DNA of 64,000 bases from an uncultured virus (IMG/VR IMGVR_UViG_3300029787_000004) (taxonomy: Duplodnaviria > Heunggongvirae > Uroviricota > Caudoviricetes): IMG/VR virus record IMGVR_UViG_3300029787_000004. One strand, written 5' to 3'. Shown here piece after piece: positions 1 to 5,881 of the stretch. The translations under genes and the position numbers were made by a program. How positions within the stretch are numbered: the first letter of the stretch is position 1; each line of letters starts with the position of its first letter. The notes under the pieces were generated by a model. That model saw only the letters and a program-made list of their open reading frames with translations. It was not told the DNA's origin and ran no database searches.

Positions 1-219
1 GCTGAGATCGATGACAACTCTATGACAATCTTCGATGGCGGTTGGCAGTCTACCACCACAAAATCACGCCTTAATGCACTTTGCGAAGAATTCTGCATCG
101 ATGGAGAGGGAGTTTTTCAGAAAAACTTCAAGTGGTTTGTCCGTAAGTTCGTAGGAATGGCAGGACAAAGCAAAGTTTACAACGTCGATGATTTCTCCAA
201 CGGTTACATCTTCGCCTGA
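1..219 (+). CDS. hypothetical phage protein, 5'-truncated by window edge
   Basis: Frame is open from base 1 (AEIDDNSMTIFDGGWQSTTTKSRLNAL...) to TGA at 217-219. Confidence 0.7.
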   Translation, partial: AEIDDNSMTIFDGGWQSTTTKSRLNALCEEFCIDGEGVFQKNFKWFVRKFVGMAGQSKVYNVDDFSNGYIFA

Positions 220-227
220 TTCTTACC

Positions 228-395
228 ATGCTTAAAAAGACTCTGATTCGTGTCGTTGGTGAGACTGCCAACGGCGTTGATTCTAAGATGACGCGATTAG
301 AAAAATTCGACGTTTTCTGCCGCGTTTGTGATAATCTACTAGAAGACGGTAGAATCACCACTGCCCAACATTCATCATGGACAAACATTTTCTAA
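228..395 (+). CDS. small hypothetical protein (55 aa, MLKKTLIRVV...DNLLEDGRITTAQHSSWTNIF), not in ORF track
   Basis: Manual translation; fills the gap between neighbours; TAATG coupling to next ORF; C-terminus resembles 1422..1604. Confidence 0.7.
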   Translation: MLKKTLIRVVGETANGVDSKMTRLEKFDVFCRVCDNLLEDGRITTAQHSSWTNIF

Positions 396-550
396 TGAAA
401 GATCCTTGCACTATGGCACTCGAAAGCGATCAAGAGCTAATGTCACTTTATGAGAAGTGGGATGAACAACAAGTTGAGGAATTCTTCAACGACGTTGATA
501 CTATGAACATCAAATGCGACGAATTCAGTCAGGAGCAATTTACAGTATGA
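395..550 (+). CDS. small acidic hypothetical protein (51 aa, MKDPCTMALESDQELM...)
   Basis: Manual translation; TAATG overlap upstream and ATGA overlap downstream. Confidence 0.6.
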   Translation: MKDPCTMALESDQELMSLYEKWDEQQVEEFFNDVDTMNIKCDEFSQEQFTV

Positions 551-696
551 TGGAAACTACTATCGAAGAAGATCTGCACTATCTAACATGGGTCATCGAA
601 GATCTATCAGAGGATCAGATCGATGAAATCATGACAAAAGCAGAGGAATTAAAGATCTCTGCCCGCTATTATGTCGAGGAGTTCACTACACTATGA
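547..696 (+). CDS. small acidic hypothetical protein (MMETTIEEDL...)
   Basis: ORF track 514..696; ATG at 547 gives ATGA coupling. Confidence 0.6.
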   Translation: MMETTIEEDLHYLTWVIEDLSEDQIDEIMTKAEELKISARYYVEEFTTL

Positions 697-944
697 AAGA
701 CAACATCGTTGATCGTGATGCACTACAAGAGCAACTAATCATGAATCAGATTGATGACATGGATCTCAAAACGATGAGATACGTGTTATTCAGTTACTTC
801 AATTCATTGTATGATGAGTATGATCTCGATCGATTGATTGAAGAAGCAGAGGGATACTATCCAGGCATATGTTTAAAAGAGAATGTAACATTGTTCTCTG
901 CATTGGAGTCTACCGCAGATGATCCCATGGGAATCGGTAAGTGA
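693..944 (+). CDS. hypothetical protein (83 aa)
   Basis: ORF track; ATGA overlap with previous ORF. Confidence 0.65.
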   Translation: MKDNIVDRDALQEQLIMNQIDDMDLKTMRYVLFSYFNSLYDEYDLDRLIEEAEGYYPGICLKENVTLFSALESTADDPMGIGK

Positions 945-1254
945 ACCAGTTGGGAGAGTGTCCACTATCGCTTGCAATTCTCCCTCAGATCTGCCATACT
1001 ATCAGTATGAACAAAACAAATTTCCGTCTCACCGATCCCGATTTCATCCAGNNNNNNNNNNCTCTGCATTGGAGTCTACCGCAGATGATCCCATGGGAAT
1101 CGGTAAGTGATCCACATCCAAGATCGTCACAAGCAACCTTAATGTTTTCTTCCTGAGTTTTGTATCCGCATGAACTACCGGATCCCACAGGATCTGCCAT
1201 ACTATCAGTATGAACAAAACAAATTTCCGTCTCACCGATCCCGATTTCATCCAG
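896..1254. repeat. A-X-B-[N gap]-A-Y-B duplication around a scaffold gap (A 49 bp: 896-944 = 1062-1110; B 64 bp: 988-1051 = 1191-1254)
   Basis: Exact repeats read directly from the sequence; 10 N at 1052-1061. Confidence 0.9.
972..1000 (+). promoter_or_regulatory. sigma70-type early promoter (allele X)
   Basis: TTGCAA-17 bp-CATACT with TGn extended -10; GGGAGA...TCTCCC stem encloses the -35. Confidence 0.55.
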
Positions 1255-1416
1255 GCACTGCGTGACCTGCCTGCCTTCCTACTCAGCACCGATGCTGACC
1301 TGGATATGGCATATGATTGGGTCTGCGAAATGTCTGCGCCGTTTGCAAACGATTTAGCAGCATTTGACCTCTTTTATGATGTTTACAACGAAACATTCGA
1401 TCAGGTAGGTAACTGA
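1210..1416 (+). CDS. hypothetical protein (68 aa)
   Basis: ORF track; starts just after the CATACT -10 element. Confidence 0.65.
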   Translation: MNKTNFRLTDPDFIQALRDLPAFLLSTDADLDMAYDWVCEMSAPFANDLAAFDLFYDVYNETFDQVGN

Positions 1417-1421
1417 AACTC

Positions 1422-1604
1422 ATGATTACTAAATCACAAGCTCTCTCACAATTCCGCTACAATTGGAAAGTCGCAATTCAGCAAAATCCAGAGGTAGATA
1501 ACATTCATGCAAAACGTGAGGCATGGGGAATCTTTACTGATGATCTTTGTCGTGAGGGTTATATCAGCATGAAGAAATATGAGTCATGGAGTGCCCCATT
1601 TTGA
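1422..1604 (+). CDS. small hypothetical protein (60 aa)
   Basis: ORF track; tight packing; DxLxxxGxI...SW..F C-terminus. Confidence 0.7.
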   Translation: MITKSQALSQFRYNWKVAIQQNPEVDNIHAKREAWGIFTDDLCREGYISMKKYESWSAPF

Positions 1605-1657
1605 ACGTTAAATCTGCCCTTTCTAAGTTGACATTACTGACCCCAATCAAACCAGAT

Positions 1658-1846
1658 ATGGATAGAGTCGAGATCAATAAGTCTATCATGGAGTTGAACT
1701 TCAAGAAAGAAGAGTTACAGAAGGAGATTGATAGTATGAACGCATCAATTCAGTTTCTCGTGAAGCAACGTGATATGATAGATGATGCTGATGATGATCT
1801 TTTTTATAAGATGTTTCCACCTGATGAGTCTACCGGATGGAACTAG
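1658..1846 (+). CDS. small coiled-coil hypothetical protein (MDRVEINKSIMEL...)
   Basis: ORF track 1586..1846; ATG at 1658 avoids overlap with upstream gene; heptad pattern. Confidence 0.6.
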   Translation: MDRVEINKSIMELNFKKEELQKEIDSMNASIQFLVKQRDMIDDADDDLFYKMFPPDESTGWN

Positions 1847-2130
1847 AATTACCACCTGATTTCCATCACATTGCACCCAAAGGTTTCTCTTATGAAGTTA
1901 AACAATTCAAGTCTAATCTTTCTAGTATCTGGTTGCTTAATCATGCTTTCTTTTCTTATACCAGTGAAGTTCCAAGGACAATCTGGGGGTTCTATGATAG
2001 AAAAAAGAAATGCTATTACGCGCCTATCAATGCCACCAAGCAAGGAAATAAGGTAGACATAAAGGATACTAGATGCTATACTTCTATGAGATTAAATCTT
2101 AATCCATTAGAACGATTGTTGTATGAGTAA
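1837..2130 (+). CDS. conserved cyanophage-type hypothetical protein (97 aa)
   Basis: ORF track; operon-like overlaps. Confidence 0.7.
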   Translation: MELELPPDFHHIAPKGFSYEVKQFKSNLSSIWLLNHAFFSYTSEVPRTIWGFYDRKKKCYYAPINATKQGNKVDIKDTRCYTSMRLNLNPLERLLYE

Positions 2131-2395
2131 GTATCAACCCCAGGTCAATGATTATGTTAGATGGAAAGAGTTTCAGGGATGGGTATATTTCGTTGATAGC
2201 AATTACATAACGATTGAACTATATGTAAAACCCAAACCAAAGTGTACCTATACGAAGAACGAACGTCACAAGAATATTCATTGTTTACTACTCTGTTATC
2301 CTCATCAATGGTCTGAACTCACTTATGTCAAGTCTCGCAAATCCGTCCATGACACAGACACCGAATCGCTATACAATCGTCTGGAAGAAGAATAA
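2123..2395 (+). CDS. hypothetical protein (90 aa)
   Basis: ORF track; overlap with upstream gene. Confidence 0.7.
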   Translation: MSKYQPQVNDYVRWKEFQGWVYFVDSNYITIELYVKPKPKCTYTKNERHKNIHCLLLCYPHQWSELTYVKSRKSVHDTDTESLYNRLEEE

Positions 2396-2513
2396 GAAAC
2401 GTGGTTGTATTTCCCGTCAAGAGGTGACAGTTATTGGGGAAGATGCTGCACTACATGTTATCAAGACTATGGTGCCAGATAAGGACAATTATGACGTATA
2501 TTTGGCGTTTTAG
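2349..2513 (+). CDS. small hypothetical protein (MTQTPNRYTIVWKK...)
   Basis: ORF track 2325..2513; ATG at 2349; overlaps previous gene by 47 bp. Confidence 0.5.
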   Translation: MTQTPNRYTIVWKKNKKRGCISRQEVTVIGEDAALHVIKTMVPDKDNYDVYLAF

Positions 2514-2549
2514 TGCTGTTTTCCCTTAAAATAACGTTTTAAATGGTAT

Positions 2550-2557
2550 TATAAATA
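2550..2557 (+). promoter_or_regulatory. T4-type late promoter TATAAATA
   Basis: Exact gp55 consensus, but lies in an AT-rich intergenic tract where chance matches are plausible. Confidence 0.45.
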
Positions 2558-2576
2558 TATGTCACTGTTTTATAAG

Positions 2577-2620
2577 TTATCCACAATCGTTGTGGAAAAG
2601 TGTTATTAACCTGTGGAAAC
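2577..2620. other. cluster of three DnaA-box-like 9-mers (putative replication origin element)
   Basis: TTATCCACA 2577-2585; TGTGGAAAA 2591-2599 (= TTTTCCACA); TGTGGAAAC 2612-2620; AT-rich 2521-2576 alongside. Confidence 0.6.
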
Positions 2621-2678
2621 GTGCTGTAATTGTTGTTATTATTGTTGTGAAATGTGTTGAGGTGTTGTGATCTAAGCG

Positions 2679-2707
2679 AGCGTATCATGAGACGAGAGTT
2701 TTGTCAA
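2679..2707 (-). promoter_or_regulatory. minus-strand sigma70-type promoter facing the DnaA-box cluster
   Basis: Reverse strand TTGACA (2707-2702)-17 bp-TACGCT (2684-2679). Confidence 0.5.
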
Positions 2708-2725
2708 CCCCACCGCCGATTTTTC

Positions 2726-2775
2726 TCTGAGACCCACACAAACCACTTGACAGTCTCAGAAATTTATTATATAAT
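2726..2775 (+). promoter_or_regulatory. perfect sigma70 consensus early promoter with a stem-loop around the -35
   Basis: TTGACA 2747-2752, 17 bp, TATAAT 2770-2775; inverted repeat TCTGAGAC (2726-2733)/GTCTCAGA (2753-2760). Confidence 0.85.
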
Positions 2776-2799
2776 AAGAGGAACATCACCACCAGACTG

Positions 2800-2988
2800 A
2801 TGAACACTAGCCACGCAGAAAAGCAGCAGATTCGTGTGACACTAGACTTTGAAGTCTTTGCGGACTTTGATGTTCATCAGATAGACTTTGACAAGGTTTT
2901 TGATATTGGCGGCGGAGAGAACTTGACAGTCACTGTCGAAGATTTGTCAGAAAATGTAGAAGAACTCTGGGAAGCAGCATATCACTAA
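2800..2988 (+). CDS. small acidic hypothetical protein (62 aa)
   Basis: ORF track; directly downstream of a consensus promoter. Confidence 0.7.
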   Translation: MNTSHAEKQQIRVTLDFEVFADFDVHQIDFDKVFDIGGGENLTVTVEDLSENVEELWEAAYH

Positions 2989-2992
2989 GGGA

Positions 2993-3021
2993 TTGACAGT
3001 TTCTCTGAAAAGTGTTATAAT
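2993..3021 (+). promoter_or_regulatory. perfect sigma70 consensus promoter with extended -10
   Basis: TTGACA 2993-2998, 17 bp, TG-n-TATAAT 3013-3021. Confidence 0.85.
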
Positions 3022-3025
3022 CCAC

Positions 3026-3185
3026 AGTGTCACTCATTGACACTTAGAGACAGCAGTTAGGGCGCGGTTGATGATATCGTGCCGTGGCGCGTAGGGGCGT
3101 ATATAAAAACGCTAACTACCCTAACCTACAACGAACCCAAAACGCGAACTAAATATACTTCATCTCAAAAAAATTCTGAGATTTA
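3026..3185 (+). ncRNA. candidate structured ncRNA / long leader
   Basis: Non-coding, GC-rich, starts at the expected TSS of the 2993 promoter; several complementary blocks (see findings). Confidence 0.4.
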
Positions 3186-3208
3186 GAAAGGTCCTATTAG
3201 GTTCAGAG

Positions 3209-3562
3209 ATGGAAAAAAATTTCCCAGAAAAATTTGAACGCCCATGGGGTTATTACGAGAATCTCCTAGAAACTAAACTGTATAAGGTTAAGAGACTTGT
3301 AGTATATCCGGATCAACAGTTATCATTACAATACCATTTTCATCGTGCAGAGTATTGGACGGTAGTAAAGGGTAGTGGTTATGTTACTATTGGGGAAGGG
3401 TGTTATCATGCCACAGCTCACAGTCAATACAAAATAGATGCTAAACAGCATCATCGGTTGAAGGGCGGTGAACACGGCATAACTATTATAGAGGTTCAGT
3501 TAGGATCTCAATGTAATGAAGAGGACATTGTAAGATTAAAAGATGATTACAAACGAGTATAG
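3209..3562 (+). CDS. cupin, mannose-6-phosphate isomerase type II (ManC C-terminal-like)
   Basis: RPWGYY, LSLQYHFHRAEYWTVVKG, HHRL, IIEVQLG...EEDIVRLKDDYKR motifs. Confidence 0.85.
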   Translation: MEKNFPEKFERPWGYYENLLETKLYKVKRLVVYPDQQLSLQYHFHRAEYWTVVKGSGYVTIGEGCYHATAHSQYKIDAKQHHRLKGGEHGITIIEVQLGSQCNEEDIVRLKDDYKRV

Positions 3563-3740
3563 ATTTCACATTTACGCTAAGGATAAATGTCTTTATTCGA
3601 GTCTAACAAATGAAGAGTTTAGAGAGACCTGGGAAACGCTGAAAGGCATGGTGGGTCTCATGAAAACAGACTATAAAGAGTCTGATTTGAACTATGAGAA
3701 AGTCAAGTTAGTGAAGAGTTCGGAAGAGTCTTCTTATTGA
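3543..3740 (+). CDS. conserved hypothetical protein (65 aa)
   Basis: ORF track; fills the gap up to the next promoter. Confidence 0.65.
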   Translation: MITNEYRFHIYAKDKCLYSSLTNEEFRETWETLKGMVGLMKTDYKESDLNYEKVKLVKSSEESSY

Positions 3741-3765
3741 CATATCATAGATACACTGGTAGAAT
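3737..3765 (+). promoter_or_regulatory. sigma70-type promoter
   Basis: TTGACA 3737-3742, 17 bp, TG-n-TAGAAT 3757-3765. Confidence 0.75.
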
Positions 3766-3788
3766 TGAAATGTAGGTTATTCAAACTT

Positions 3789-4565
3789 ATGGCAAAAGGA
3801 TTTACAGTTAAAGCAAAGACCCCTCCGGTACAAAAGAAGGAGGAGTTTGACATTGATGGAATTAAAGCTCGGATGAAAGGCAAGAGCATTGTGTTCTGTC
3901 TTCCAGGTCGCGGCGTCTCATATATCTTCTTGAAGAACTTCGTGCAACTGTGCTTCGACATGGTTCAGAATGGAATGAGTATTCAGATTAGTCAGGATTA
4001 CTCTTCCATGGTGAACTTTGCACGATGCAAGTGTCTCGGGGCAAATGTGTTGCGTGGACCAAACCAGATTCCCTGGGATGGTAAGTTGCAGTATGACTAT
4101 CAGTTGTGGATTGATAGTGACATTGTATTTGACACGACGAAGTTCTGGCAATTGTGCGATATGGCGATTGCTGAGGATGGCACAGAGAAAGAGATTGTTT
4201 CTGGTTGGTATTGCACAGAAGATGGGAAGACCACTTCCTGTGCTCACTGGTTGGAGGAAGAGGACTTCCGTAAGAGTGGTGGTGTCATGAACCATGAAAC
4301 TCTGGAATCCATCTCAAAGCGCCGCAAACCGTTCACAGTTGACTACATTGGTTTCGGTTGGTGTATGATCAAGAAGGGTGTGTTTGAGCACGGAGAGATG
4401 AAGTATCCATGGTTTGCACCAAAGATGCAAGAGTTTGAATCTGGTGAGGTTCAGGACATGTGTGGAGAGGATGTATCATTCTGTCTCGATGCAATTGCAG
4501 CAGGTTTTGATATCTGGGTGGATCCAAGGATTCGCGTTGGTCATGAAAAGACACGGGTGATTTGA
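3789..4565 (+). CDS. GT-A fold glycosyltransferase-like protein
   Basis: ARCKCL...LWIDSD (DxD), GFGWCMIKKGVFE, GEDVSFC, RVGHEK motifs; start moved to ATG 3789 downstream of the promoter. Confidence 0.75.
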   Translation: MAKGFTVKAKTPPVQKKEEFDIDGIKARMKGKSIVFCLPGRGVSYIFLKNFVQLCFDMVQNGMSIQISQDYSSMVNFARCKCLGANVLRGPNQIPWDGKLQYDYQLWIDSDIVFDTTKFWQLCDMAIAEDGTEKEIVSGWYCTEDGKTTSCAHWLEEEDFRKSGGVMNHETLESISKRRKPFTVDYIGFGWCMIKKGVFEHGEMKYPWFAPKMQEFESGEVQDMCGEDVSFCLDAIAAGFDIWVDPRIRVGHEKTRVI

Positions 4566-4566
4566 T

Positions 4567-4713
4567 ATGGCAAAGATGAAGCAGTCCCTTACGGGGACTA
4601 ATATGATTGAGTCAAGTCCGAAGAAAACTCGTCAGGGAACTGGGAAGCATACTAAGTATGCCGCGAGCTCGCGTAACTCGGCTCGTAAACGTTACAGAGG
4701 GCAAGGAAGATAA
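4567..4713 (+). CDS. small very basic protein (48 aa, MAKMKQSL...KKTRQGTGKHTKYAASSRNSARKRYRGQGR), not in ORF track
   Basis: Manual translation; exactly fills the gap; TAATG coupling with next gene. Confidence 0.75.
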   Translation: MAKMKQSLTGTNMIESSPKKTRQGTGKHTKYAASSRNSARKRYRGQGR

Positions 4714-5390
4714 TGAGTCAACTCGTCATCAATCTCCCTGCACAGAAAGTGTGGGTTCGAAAGGAATATCTAAGGGATTTGAAGGACGGGTATGGTGAGT
4801 TTGTAGAGGGCGTTTGGGTGACTGCTAAAAGCATCCCCGGACGCGCTTTTTATTTTGAGACTTACCTACCCGAATATGGTGCAATGTTTGATAAGTTGCC
4901 CATCAGTGCCTTTGTATCAGAACCAAAGACACCAGACCCTGATTTAGATCTACCAAATTTACAATTTTGGAATTGTATGGACTATGGAGTCCGCTGTATC
5001 GAGAAACAATTCATCGGATCTATGGACTTCGAAGTCCGTACACGACACTTTGGTAACCTAAAAGGTGAGTATTTGTTTACTTTGGACAACTACCACCCTG
5101 ATCACGATATCATTGACTGTAATGTGAGTGAGATTCCACAAGAACACAAGTCACATAACTGCATTGAACTAGAAAATGGGCAGTATGCGCTATATCCAAA
5201 CAATAGAACACGAATTTATGACCTATCAATCACCCCGGAAACGCCACTTACACCCGATTTCAAGGTCTCCACGGAATATTATCAAGTTGAAAATGGAATC
5301 CGATGGGGTAGACTCGGGGATACCGATGAGTATTTTTGGGAAACTCCTTCTGAATCACGAAATATCTCGGTTGGAAGCACCAATATTTGA
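4713..5390 (+). CDS. conserved hypothetical phage protein (225 aa)
   Basis: Long ORF; YLFTLD, QEHKSHN, GQYALYPNNR motifs of a marine phage family. Confidence 0.8.
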   Translation: MSQLVINLPAQKVWVRKEYLRDLKDGYGEFVEGVWVTAKSIPGRAFYFETYLPEYGAMFDKLPISAFVSEPKTPDPDLDLPNLQFWNCMDYGVRCIEKQFIGSMDFEVRTRHFGNLKGEYLFTLDNYHPDHDIIDCNVSEIPQEHKSHNCIELENGQYALYPNNRTRIYDLSITPETPLTPDFKVSTEYYQVENGIRWGRLGDTDEYFWETPSESRNISVGSTNI

Positions 5391-5451
5391 GTGTGGACCA
5401 GGGCATTTGACCCAAGGATATGGTTTCTTTGGTAATGTTGGAAATTCGGCT

Positions 5452-5458
5452 CTAAATA
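5452..5458 (+). promoter_or_regulatory. late promoter (CTAAATA) at start of baseplate operon
   Basis: TAAATA core 25-30 bp upstream of gp25; the same motif recurs before many structural genes. Confidence 0.65.
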
Positions 5459-5482
5459 AGACAGAAGTCTTATCGATAACAG

Positions 5483-5881
5483 GTGCCACAACCAGTCTCA
5501 CGGGCATTTAAAGACATTTCTTTGTCTTTCATGAAGCACCCGATCACTCGGGATCTAATTGCGCTGTCAAATGAGCGTGCTATTTCTCGTTCTATAAGGA
5601 ATCTGGTGCTTACTGCCCTAGGAGAGCGTCCTTTTCAACCAAGATTAGGATCTCAAATTTCTAGAAGTCTTTTTGAACTGTTAGATTATGGTACAGCGTC
5701 CGTAATTCAAAAAGATATTGAAGTTACAATTAAAAATTTTGAACCAAGAGTGGAAATTAACACTATTGAAGTGAAACCTGAGTACGATCAAAACGGATAT
5801 AACGTATTGGTCTCATATTTTATCGTTGGGCAACCTAGAACCCCGGTACAATTAGAGTTTATCCTTCAAGTAACAAGATAA
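5483..5881 (+). CDS. gp25: baseplate wedge subunit gp25
   Basis: FKDISLSF, AISRSIRNLVLT..GERPFQPRLGS, FEPRV motifs; precedes gp6. Confidence 0.92.
   Translation: MPQPVSRAFKDISLSFMKHPITRDLIALSNERAISRSIRNLVLTALGERPFQPRLGSQISRSLFELLDYGTASVIQKDIEVTIKNFEPRVEINTIEVKPEYDQNGYNVLVSYFIVGQPRTPVQLEFILQVTR

Noticed and set aside
896..1254. Repeat-spacer-repeat pattern as a possible CRISPR mini-array
   Set aside because: Only two copies of each of two different long repeats, partly coding, joined by a gap; no cas genes
919..1289. ORFs 919..1110, 941..1156, 985..1200 and 1044..1289 crossing the N gap
   Set aside because: They read through Ns and duplicated flanks, so they are artefacts of the scaffold join
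2514..3208. tRNA genes in the non-coding hub
   Set aside because: No cloverleaf or T-loop GTTCRA signature found
4607..4798. ORF-track 63-aa ORF
   Set aside because: Overlaps the next gene by 86 bp; the alternative frame 4567..4713 fits the gap exactly
5176..5511. 111-aa ORF (or its ATG-5326 sub-ORF) spanning the gap before gp25
   Set aside because: Overlaps both neighbours and runs across the late promoter; no recognisable motif. Not fully excluded
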